64,000 bases of DNA, taken from NCBI GenBank assembly GCA_963724495.1, contig CAVRUZ010000009.1:1673-65672 (forward strand). The letters run 5' to 3'. How positions within the stretch are numbered: the stretch's first letter is position 1; each line of letters opens with the position of its first letter. The position numbers and the translations under genes are program-made. Of the stretch, positions 1 through 8,700 are shown one piece after another. The notes beneath the pieces are model-generated. The model saw only the letters and a program-made list of their open reading frames with translations. It searched no databases and was not told where the DNA came from. The DNA is from an uncultured Actinomycetota bacterium. Its GTDB lineage: Bacteria > Actinomycetota > Actinomycetes > Propionibacteriales > DAIQRJ01.

Positions 1-667
1 GTCCGCGCTGCTGTTGGTGAGTGTTTCCCGGCTGCCACCTCCTCCTCGCGAGGGTCCACCCACGCGTATCCGTGACGACGTCGTGGAGGGGCTGCGGTAC
101 CTGTTCGGACACCGTCACCTGCGTGGACTGGCGCTCGGCATGGGTGCGTACAACTTCGGCTACAACGTTGCGTTTGCCACGTTCGTGCTCTACGTGACGA
201 GGACCCTCGGCCTGCGCGACGTCACCTTCGGGATCTTGCTGGCGGTGCTTGCCGTTGGTGGCGTGGTGGGGGGCTGGTTGGGTCCAGGGGTCGCCAGGCG
301 GCTGCCCGCGCTGCGGATTTACGCCTTCGCTGTGTTGATCCAGGCCGCGACATGGTTCAGCTTCTTCGCCTTCCGCGAGCTGTCCGTAGCTGCGGTCGGC
401 CTGTTCGCTGTCGGCGTCACCTCCACGACCGTCACCATCGCTGGTGGCACGGCCCGGCAGATGCTGACGCCCGACGGCCTGCTCGGACGTGTTGGCGCGG
501 GAACCCGCGTTGTGGGCATTGGATCGGCTTCCCTGGGCGCCCTTCTAGGTGGCGCGCTAGCCGACCTTTGGAATCTGACCACACCCTTCGTGGTCGCCTC
601 GGCCTTCCTCCTGGCAGCGTCCGTTGCATTCGGATACGCCAGCCGAGGGCAGCGCCCACCCGAGTAA
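1..667 (+). CDS. MFS transporter, C-terminal portion; the gene starts upstream of the window
   Basis: The reading frame is open from the window edge. The translation shows about six hydrophobic helices with Gly/Ala-rich MFS-like segments and ends at TAA 665-667. Confidence 0.7.
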   Translation, partial: SALLLVSVSRLPPPPREGPPTRIRDDVVEGLRYLFGHRHLRGLALGMGAYNFGYNVAFATFVLYVTRTLGLRDVTFGILLAVLAVGGVVGGWLGPGVARRLPALRIYAFAVLIQAATWFSFFAFRELSVAAVGLFAVGVTSTTVTIAGGTARQMLTPDGLLGRVGAGTRVVGIGSASLGALLGGALADLWNLTTPFVVASAFLLAASVAFGYASRGQRPPE

Positions 668-719
668 CTCAGCCTGTTCAGGGAGCGACACGCCAGCATC
701 TCCCTTGTGCTTGACATCT

Positions 720-754
720 ATGCAGTAGTGCGTGAGTGTGATGCACTAATGCAT
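720..754. promoter_or_regulatory. Inverted repeat ATGCAGTAGTGC-N11-GCACTAATGCAT just downstream of a TTGACA hexamer (711-716); candidate operator/promoter of the pra-like gene
   Basis: The two 12-nt arms differ by one mismatch. The site lies in a locally AT-richer intergenic region upstream of the RBS AGGAGG (767-772). Confidence 0.35.
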
Positions 755-779
755 GATTCCTACGACAGGAGGAGCAGAG

Positions 780-1175
780 ATGCCGAGTTACGCGGTGGAC
801 AGCAGCAGGCAGTCGATGACTGCGACGGGGATCGTCGAGGCGGTCCGGGAGTGGGAAGAGGGCCTGGATGGGAGAAGGCGTCCGTCGGATCGTCAGGCCA
901 GGGACGAGAACACCGGGATGCCGTTGTGGGGTGTGGAGGTCTTGTACATGCAGACCGCGTTTGGCCGGATCTCCACGACGACGGCGAAGGTCACTGTGGG
1001 AGCCCTGGAGGAGCCGAAGCCTGCACCGTTGACCGCCATCGGCTTCGTCGGCCTGTCTGTTGAGGCACGAACCAACAAGTCCGGCGGCTTCACGGAGAAC
1101 TGGTTCGCCGAGGGACTGGCCGAGGCTCCGAAGGCTGCGTCGAGGCCGGCTGGGGAGAGGGTCAGCTCGACATGA
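780..1175 (+). CDS. Small AICE protein, Pra-like (plasmid replication/integration/excision activator family) by position and sequence pattern
   Basis: ATG 780 is preceded by AGGAGG. The motif pattern TGMPLWGVEV...KVTV...P.P...F.GL...W.AEGL matches my memory of Pra-type proteins. The stop overlaps the next ATG (ATGA). Confidence 0.4.
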   Translation: MPSYAVDSSRQSMTATGIVEAVREWEEGLDGRRRPSDRQARDENTGMPLWGVEVLYMQTAFGRISTTTAKVTVGALEEPKPAPLTAIGFVGLSVEARTNKSGGFTENWFAEGLAEAPKAASRPAGERVSST

Positions 1176-1224
1176 GTGGGGCGACTCGTGGGCGCGGCGA
1201 GCCGCCGAGGGATGCGTGGGCATC

Positions 1225-2643
1225 GTGAACCGGCTTGGTGGAGATCAGCGGAACGACGGTCCCCTGCGTCTGAACGTGGCGAAGGTCCGTGTTCCCTTGT
1301 CGGCGGTCGTGGCCGTTTGGGTAGCTCGGAAGGTCCTTGCCGGGCTGTGGTGGTTGGTTCGCCATCCCCTGGTCTGGCTGAGCTTTCTGCTCGTCGGGCT
1401 GGCCGTGTGGGTCATCTCGAGGGTGGGTCCGTGGCTGTGCCTGGCTGTCGTGCTCGCCATCGCCGTGGGTCTGGTGACGTGGTGGCGCCTCGCCGCGGGT
1501 TCGTTCACGCGCCTTGTGGTGTGGCGGTGGCGGGCGATCTGGCGCCGGGCGCTGGTGTATCGCTACGTCTGGCAGCCGGCGATGGTGACGGCGAACCTGG
1601 CTGTGTACGTCAACGGCAGCGAGTTCCTGCCGAAGATTGTGTCGGTCAGATCGACCGGCGCCGTGGATCAGGTCAGGGTGCGGATGTTGCCTGGACAGAC
1701 CTTGGAGGACTGGGCACAGGCTTCACCCCGATTGGCGCAGACCTTCTCGGCGAGTGAATGCCGCGTTCGTTCCGAGGCGCGGTCGCGCCGCGAGCTGGTG
1801 CTGTGGTTCCTGATCGTTGACCCGCTGACCGAAGACGTCCCCGTGCTTCCTCCAGGCGAGCACGTTGACTTCGCCGCACTGCCTGTTGGGCGAGGTGAGG
1901 ACGGTGTCGTCTATCGCCTTCGCCTGCTGGGTAGTCATCTGCTGGTGGTCGGAGCGACCGGTTCAGGCAAGGGCTCGGTGATCTGGTCGATCATCAACGC
2001 TCTTGCGCCGGCCCTTCGCGATGGCTTGGCCCAACTGTGGGCGTTGGATCCCAAGGGCGGCATGGAACTCGCACCCGGACGCGCCCTGTTCACACGCTTT
2101 GTCTACGGCGATCCGGACGAAGGCACCGACTACGAGATGGAGTTCGCCCAGGTCCTCGAAGACGCCGTGGCCGTGATGCGTCGCCGACAGGCAGCGCTAC
2201 GTGGTGTTGCCCGCCTGCACACGCCGACCGTGGACGAGCCGCTGATCGTGGTCATCGTGGACGAGCTGGCCTCGCTGACCGCCTACGTGCTGGACCGGGA
2301 TGCGAAGCGGCGGATCGCGGCAGCCCTGTCGCTGTTGCTGTCGCAGGGCAGGGCCGTCGGTGTCAGCGTGGTCGGCGCTGTCCAAGACCCACGCAAGGAA
2401 GTCGTCGCCCTGCGGGATCTGTTCCCCACCCGGATTGCGCTCCGGCTCTCCGAAGCCGAACAGGTGAGTCTCGTCCTGGGACCCGGAGCCAGAGACCGAG
2501 GCGCACGCTGCGACCGCATCCGCGAGTCGATGCCCGGTGTCGGCTACGTGGGAATCGACGGCGTCGCCGAACCCGTCCGCGTCCGGTTCTGCCACATCAC
2601 CGACGAACACATCGCCCACCTGGTTGGTAACCACAGTCGCTGA
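1225..2643 (+). CDS. FtsK/SpoIIIE-family DNA translocase (TraSA/TraB-like conjugal transfer protein)
   Basis: There are N-terminal TM helices, a Walker A motif (VVGATGSGKGS) and a Walker B motif (LIVVIVDELASL). The start was chosen at GTG 1225; the ORF is open from 1060. Confidence 0.85.
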   Translation: MNRLGGDQRNDGPLRLNVAKVRVPLSAVVAVWVARKVLAGLWWLVRHPLVWLSFLLVGLAVWVISRVGPWLCLAVVLAIAVGLVTWWRLAAGSFTRLVVWRWRAIWRRALVYRYVWQPAMVTANLAVYVNGSEFLPKIVSVRSTGAVDQVRVRMLPGQTLEDWAQASPRLAQTFSASECRVRSEARSRRELVLWFLIVDPLTEDVPVLPPGEHVDFAALPVGRGEDGVVYRLRLLGSHLLVVGATGSGKGSVIWSIINALAPALRDGLAQLWALDPKGGMELAPGRALFTRFVYGDPDEGTDYEMEFAQVLEDAVAVMRRRQAALRGVARLHTPTVDEPLIVVIVDELASLTAYVLDRDAKRRIAAALSLLLSQGRAVGVSVVGAVQDPRKEVVALRDLFPTRIALRLSEAEQVSLVLGPGARDRGARCDRIRESMPGVGYVGIDGVAEPVRVRFCHITDEHIAHLVGNHSR

Positions 2644-2722
2644 GTCGCCGGCGATCAGCGGACAGGCCGGACATACAGCTTGTCCGCGTTGGTGAGGGAG
2701 CAGCTCGATCGAGTGATGCGGC

Positions 2723-4380
2723 ATGACACTGCGGGCTGCCCGACCCGTGGCGGTGACCGACGAGGCCGTCCGTGAGATCGCGATCGACCACGGCGTCTGT
2801 GTACGGCCGGTCCTGCGTCAGGTCACCGATCTGGAGACCGGCGAGATACACAAGCTGGTCATCCCCTGCGGAGCCACGCGCGACTACCTGTGCCCGCCCT
2901 GCGCGACGAAGGCACAACGGCTCCGGATGCAGCAATGCGCCGAAGGCTGGCACCTAGACACCGAAGTCCTCTCGGATCGACACAGGCGAGGATGACTGGC
3001 GACGCTGGTGCTGGCGAACCAGGAGGATGACGACGACGAACCATCTGAACGACGAACGCCGGGTGCGGTCGACCAGGCGCCGATCCGACATGGCCGACCT
3101 GCCACGAGTATCGATGGAGCACCGGTCGATCGGCCGCACCTTCACCGCGCCGCGACGGGACCGTGTATCGGCCCTCGATGTTCGTCACCGTGACCTTGCC
3201 GTCCTACGGCCGCGTGACAACACCAAGCAAGGGAGTGGCAGTCCCCGGTGCTGGCGCACCCCTCGACCCGGACACCTACAACTATCGGCGCGCGGCCTTG
3301 GACGCGCTGCACTTCCCCAAGCTGTTCGACCGGTGGATTCAAAACCTGCGGCGATGTGCCGGCTACCAGGTGCAGTACTTCTCGGCCATCGAGGAACAAC
3401 GCCGCCTCGCCCCGCACGCTCACGTGGCCCTGCGTGGCGCCATCCCCCGGCAGATCCTGCGCCAGGTCACCAAGGCCACCTATTTCAGTCTGTGGTGGCC
3501 GCCGCACGACCGGCCGGTCTACGTGCACCGCACACCGCTGTGGGATGACGAGACCGGCTCCTACCGCGACCCCGACACCGACTCGCCGCTGCAGACCTGG
3601 GACCAGGCCGTCGCCGAGCTCGACCACCCCGAAGCAGTGCCGGCGCACGTGATGCGGTTCGGCTCGCAGGTCGACATCAAGGGCGTGATCGCACCATCGG
3701 AAGATGCCAACCGCACCATCCGCTACCTGACGAAGTACCTCACCAAAGCCGTCGCGATGACACACGCCGATCCGGCGAACCCTGACCCGACCTATCTGGC
3801 GCACATCGACCGCCTGCATCGAGAAGTCCTCTACCTCCCGTGTTCGGAGGAGTGCGCGAACTGGCTCCGATTCGGCATCCAACCCAAGGACGCCGGCCCA
3901 GGGCTCATCCCCGGAAGGTGCACAGCCAAGGCACACGACGTGGAGAACCTCGGCCTCGGCGGTCGCCGCGTCCAGGTATCGCGCAACTGGTCCGGCAAGA
4001 ACCTCAGCCAACATCGCGCCGACCGAGCCGAAGTCGTACGACAAGTCCTCGCCGCATCCGGCATCGAAGCCCCCGAAGCCGACCGCTGGGCCGCAGACAA
4101 GACCACCGTCGACGGACGACAACGCTTCGTGTGGGAAGAGCTGTCCACCGACAACGCCGACTACATCGACGTCGTCATCGCCTGCGTCCTGGAGCAACAA
4201 CGCTGGCGCGAGCAATACCGAACGGCGAAGCAGGCATGGGAAACGACACGGGCCGGCCCGATGTCGACTGTGGATACCCGCTCAGCAACGCCGGCGGTGA
4301 GGGTGGGTGAGCCGACGACAGCTCGGCCTCCCCCGCAACCAGCTGACCTTTCGGGTGTCCGGGTCGGTTGTCCAGGGTGA
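2723..4380 (+). pseudogene. RepSA-type replication initiator, disrupted by a stop or frameshift near 2960-3050 and a frameshift near 3150
   Basis: Three frames carry consecutive parts of one protein. The first has CGATRDYLCPPCATKAQRLRMQQCAEGWHL, the second RRVRSTRRRSDMADLPR...IGRTFTAP, and the third VYRPSMFVTVTLPSYGRV continuing to 4380. Confidence 0.75.
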
Positions 4381-4477
4381 AATCCGGAGGACGCGAAGCG
4401 CCCTTGACAGCCGGTTCGGGGACCCCACCATCCACCGCGGGGGAGGCCGAGCCCCCAACCACGAAGGGATCACGGTC

Positions 4478-4696
4478 ATGGAAAGGATCGTTGTTGAGCG
4501 GGCATTGTATGACGTGTCGGAGGCGATGGCGTTGCTCAATTTGAGTCGTGCCCAGGTGTACAGGCTGATTCGTGCGCACCGCTTGCTCACGGTGACGCAG
4601 GGTCGGCGGCGGTTGGTGCCGGCCGCGTCGATCGCGAAATATGTTGCGCTCTTGGAGAGGGAAGCCAACGGGCGCGATGGCGGCCGCGCCGCGTAG
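4478..4696 (+). CDS. xis: Excisionase / helix-turn-helix DNA-binding protein
   Basis: ATG 4478 has an upstream GAAGGGA. The gene lies directly upstream of int, and the motif SEAMALLNLSRAQVYRLIR is typical of excisionase-family HTH proteins. Confidence 0.75.
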   Translation: MERIVVERALYDVSEAMALLNLSRAQVYRLIRAHRLLTVTQGRRRLVPAASIAKYVALLEREANGRDGGRAA

Positions 4697-4723
4697 TTGC
4701 TCGGCGAGGTTGGAGGTGCGGCG

Positions 4724-5865
4724 GTGAGCGTGCAGCGATTGACCTTGGCATCGGGAGAGGTGCGATACCGGGCTCGCGTGAAGTCCCACGGTAGGGGCGT
4801 CGCGTCGCGAGTGTTCACGCGTCGCGCTGATGCCCTTGCGTGGGAGTCCGAACAGGTGCGTCGCCTTCGCCTGGGTGAGTGGATCGATCCTCGGCGCGGG
4901 GCCGTGCCACTGTCGGTCGTCGCGGCGTCGTGGCTCGAGACGCGTGGGTCGGTGAAACGTCGGACGCGCGAGACGGATGCTGCGGTTTGGCGTCGCTACA
5001 TCGAGCCGCGGTTCGGGGCCTGGCCAGTGGCGTCGATTACCGGAGCGGAGGTTGCGAGTTGGCTGGGCGGCATCGTCGCGTCTGGCTCGGCTCCGGCGTC
5101 TGCTCGTCGTGCGCTGGCGACACTTCGGCTGATCCTGGCGCACGCTGTCGAGGACCAGCGGGTGACGCGAAACGTTGCTGTGGCGGTGCGAGCTCCCCGA
5201 GGTGGAGCCCGCCGTGAGGGTCGCGCTCTCACGACGGCGGAGGTCCGGGCGCTACAAAGTGCTGTGCCGCGGAGTCCTGGCCGACGTGGTGTTGGTTCTC
5301 GCGTTCACCGGGCTGCGGTGGGGCGAGCTGGCAGGTTTGCGGGTCGAAGACCAGGTGACGGTTCCGGGCCGTGGCCTGCGGGTGCAGCGTGCGCTGTTGG
5401 CCAGTAGCGAGGGCGGCAGCCTGTATGTCGACTCGGTGAAGTCAGGTCGTTCGCGCACGGTTCCGCTGCTGCCGGACGTGGCACTGATCGTGGATCGGTG
5501 GGCTACGGACCGGGAGCCAGGCGACTGGCTGTTCCATGCGCCGGGCGGTGGTCCCCTACGAGAAACGAATTGGAAGCGCTCGGTGCGTTGGGCTGACGCG
5601 ACTGCGGCGATCGGGCTTCCCACGTTGCGGGTGCACGACTTGCGGCACACGGCGGCGTCGATCTGGCTGGGGGCTGGTGCCGACCCAAAGGTGGTCCAGC
5701 GGGTGCTGGGGCATGCGTCAGCGGCCATGACGATGGACCTCGTACGGCCACATGATTGACGACAACTTGTGGACTGCCGCGAAGAGGCTTGGGGACAGCA
5801 CGGGGACAGGATCGGGTGTTGTGTCCGAGTTGCACCGTCGTGGTTCAGACGGTGCAGGGCCCTGA
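4724..5865 (+). pseudogene. int: Tyrosine recombinase/integrase with two frameshifts (about 5240-5275 and about 5740)
   Basis: The N-terminal SAM-like domain is in one frame. The catalytic domain (LAFTGLRWGELAGL, HDLRHTAAS, LGHASAAMTMDL) is in a second frame. The tail YGHMIDDNLWTAAKRLG is in a third frame and ends at TGA 5863-5865. Confidence 0.85.
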
Positions 5866-5880
5866 CCTGCGGCGTTTGCG

Positions 5881-5956
5881 TGGAGCCGCCTGTCGGAATC
5901 GAACCGACGACCTTCTCATTACGAGTGAGATGCTCTACCGACTGAGCTAAGGCGGC
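5881..5956 (-). tRNA. tRNA-Thr (anticodon CGU) with encoded CCA
   Basis: The reverse complement folds as a cloverleaf: acceptor GCCGCCT/AGGCGGC, D arm GCTC/GAGC, anticodon stem TCTCA/TGAGA with loop CTCGTAA, and T arm GTCGG-TTCGATT-CCGAC. Confidence 0.9.
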
Positions 5957-6051
5957 GGGCGCGGGCGAGCCCGGACCGACCGCAGAGTCTAGCGGGGCTA
6001 CCCGGTGGCTCCTGACACGTTCCGGGCCGCGGCCAACCAACCGCCGAACGG

Positions 6052-7638
6052 CTACTTGCAGACCGTCCCTGCCTTCGGCACGGTCCCGTCGATCAGGTAG
6101 GCGTCCACGGCCGCGTCGATGCAGGCGTTGCCCTCGTGGTAGCCGGTGTGGCCGTCGCCTTCGCGCGTCAGCAGTACCCCGGAGTCCAGTGTCGAGGCCA
6201 GCTCCTTTGACCAGGCGTACGGAGTCGCGGGGTCCCGGGTGGTGCCGAGCACGACGATGGGTGCCGCCCCTTCGGCCTTCAGTGGTACCCAGGGGAACTG
6301 CGCCTGCACCGGCCAGTCGGTGCAGGCCGAGCCCAGCCCAGGCAACCGTGTCCCCGAACGTCGGCGACGCCTTGCGGAACGACGGCAGCTCGCGCTTGAT
6401 GTCGGACACCGACGCGTCGGACTCCTGGTCGATGCAGTTGATGGCCAGGTTGGGGATGAGGATCGACGAGCGGTAGCTGTCCTGTACCCGGCCGGCATAC
6501 GCGTCGGCCAGCTGCAGCAGCCCGGATCCGTCACCGTCGAGGGCAGCGTCGAGCACAGATCGCAGCTGCGGCCAGTACGCCTTCGAGTACATGGCCTGCG
6601 CGAGGCCGGTCTCGCCAAGCTGCTGAGTCAGGTCCCGGCCGAGCAGCGTGGGCAACGGCTTGGAGTCCAGGCCCTTCAGGAAAGTGTTCAGTCGCCGATG
6701 CGCGTCCGCCTTCGTCGAACCCAGAGCACACCCCTGCTTCACGCAGTCGGCGAGGAAAGCATCCAAGGCTGTTTCGAACCCGGCGGCCTGCACCATGGCC
6801 TGGTTGTCGTCATCGGTTGGGCCGGTTACGGCACCGTCGAGCACCATCTGGCCCACGTTCTTCGGGAACTCCTGGGCATAGGTAGCACCCAGCAGTGTCC
6901 CGTAGGACTTCCCGAGATAGTTGAGCTTCTTCTCCCCCAGGACGCTGCGGAGAATGTCCATGTCGGCTGCCGCCTCCAGCGTGCTGACGTGCCCGAGCAG
7001 CGACCCGCTGTTCGTCGCGCAGGCCTTCCCCATCCCGCCAGGACATCGCGCCACCGCTTCTCCTCCTGCGGGGTGTCCGGAGTGTCGTCCATCGACAGCC
7101 AACTCTCCATGGCCGGATCGTCGAGACAGGCAACGCGATCAGGCTCTCCGACACCACGAGGATCGAAACCGATGATGTCGTAGGACTGCAGCACAGCCGG
7201 CGTGAACACCTGCCCCGCCGCGGCCGCGTACTGAACCCCGGAACCGCCCGGTCCACCCGGGTTGACCACGAGGGAGCCGCGGCGCTGATCGGCCGAACGG
7301 GCCGGGACCTTCAACACCCGCAGCCGGATCGACGCCTCTGGCTTGGCGTAGTCCAGCGGCACCTCGAGAGCAGCACACTGATAACTGGAACCCCCTGCGC
7401 ACTGCTTCCAGTTCAGCTTCTGCGCGTAGTACCGCTCGGGCGCTAGCGGCATGCCGGCACCGTTCTTCGCCCCAGCCGCACCGGCCTTACCAGCCGGCGT
7501 GCTCGTCGCCGGCGCATTCGTGTCCCTGACATCGCTAGCACTCGGGATCGCGCTGCACGCCAGCGGTGTCAGCAATGCGAAGGCAGCCACCCCAGCGAGA
7601 ACGGCCCGCGGCCAGCGCGACGAGGCCACCGATTCCAT
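6052..7638 (-). pseudogene. Secreted alpha/beta-hydrolase, S33 tripeptidyl-aminopeptidase-like lipoprotein, with two frameshifts (about 7030 and about 6335)
   Basis: The signal peptide ends in LTPLAC. The nucleophile motif GKSYG and the TAP-like C-terminus PIVVLGTTRDPATPY are present. The three parts lie in three different frames. Confidence 0.75.
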
Positions 7639-7654
7639 GACCCCGTCAGCGACC

Positions 7655-8623
7655 TCACGAGTCCTCGGTAGCCGGGGGCGGACGCCGCCGGAGGCGACGT
7701 CGGCGGCCAGGAGTTCTCTTCGGAACTTCGGCATTCTCGTCGGTCGCAACTGCGGAGGCTGGTTCTGGATCAGACGTCCGGCGACCGCCGTCAGCGACCA
7801 TCGTCTCGTAGTTCTTCCTGCTCCCGCACACGCTCGCCTTGGGACACACCACTGCCTTGCCGTCCGCCTGCATGCGGATCACCAACGACTCGGTCGGCAC
7901 GCTGTGGGCGATCACCGTGCCGTCGCCCTCGGGAAGCGAGACCTTCTCCCCCACCGCGGGAGCGTCGGCCTTGAAGTCGTTGTAGAGCGGGTGTTCGTAC
8001 TTCAGGCAGCACATGAGCTTGCCGCAGGCACCGGAGATGCGCAGCGGGTTGAGCGGCAGGTCCTGGTCCTTGGCCATGCGCAGGCTCACCGGTTCGAAGT
8101 CGGTGAGGAACGTGGCACAGCACAGATCGCGGCCGCACGAACCGATGCCGCCCATCACCCGGGCTGCGTCGCGATCACCGATCTGGCGCAACTCGATGCG
8201 GGCCTGCAGCGTCCGGGCGAGTTCGCGCACCAGGTCGCGGAAGTCGACGCGATGCGGCGCCGAGAAGTAGATGAGGATGAGCTGATCCACATCTTCGCGA
8301 GTGTCGATGATGTCGACAGCCGACACCTTCATCGGCAGCTTGTGTGCGCGAATGATGCGCCGCGCGGTGATCGTTGCCTCGGTCTTGCGACGAGCGTTGC
8401 GGGCATTGCGTTCCAGCTGTTCGTCGGTGGCAAAGCCCGCCATCGTGGGCAGTCCGCCGATGTCCTCCGACACCCACGACGGCGCCCACACGCACTGCGC
8501 AACCTCTGGACCCTCCGGGGTGGGGACGAGCACCATGTTCCCGACTCGCGGGCTGTACTCCCCGGGGTCGAGGTAGAACAGCTGCCCGTGACGCGCGAAG
8601 GTCACCGCCATCACCATGCCCAT
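7655..8623 (-). CDS. PSP1 domain protein (RicT/YaaT-like)
   Basis: The Cys-rich motifs GSCGRDLCCATFL and GACGKLMCCLKYE are typical of the PSP1 C-terminal domain. Confidence 0.8.
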   Translation of the reverse strand: MGMVMAVTFARHGQLFYLDPGEYSPRVGNMVLVPTPEGPEVAQCVWAPSWVSEDIGGLPTMAGFATDEQLERNARNARRKTEATITARRIIRAHKLPMKVSAVDIIDTREDVDQLILIYFSAPHRVDFRDLVRELARTLQARIELRQIGDRDAARVMGGIGSCGRDLCCATFLTDFEPVSLRMAKDQDLPLNPLRISGACGKLMCCLKYEHPLYNDFKADAPAVGEKVSLPEGDGTVIAHSVPTESLVIRMQADGKAVVCPKASVCGSRKNYETMVADGGRRTSDPEPASAVATDENAEVPKRTPGRRRRLRRRPPPATEDS

Positions 8624-8700
8624 CGGCTCAGGGTAGTGGAGCGATGGGCAGGCTCCGGTCCGTTGTGGACGCCCTCGATCAGACGATCGGGGTCGCCGGA

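Larger units (their letters stand above)
668..5880 (+). mobile_element. Actinomycete integrative and conjugative element (AICE, pSAM2-like) remnant: pra-like, traSA, repSA, xis, int, next to the tRNA-Thr 3' end
   Basis: The gene order and content are typical of AICEs, and int ends 16 nt from the 3' end of a tRNA gene. The left boundary is unresolved because I saw no second att copy in the window. Confidence 0.6.

Noticed and set aside
668-720. Expected attL (a direct repeat of the tRNA-Thr 3' half) at the left end of the AICE.
   Set aside because: I compared this region by eye with 5881-5930 and found no similarity. No att call is made.
1172-1228. An 18-codon micro-ORF linking the pra-like stop (ATGA) and the tra GTG (GTGA).
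   Set aside because: It could be a coupling artefact, or the true 5' end of tra displaced by another indel. There is no independent support.
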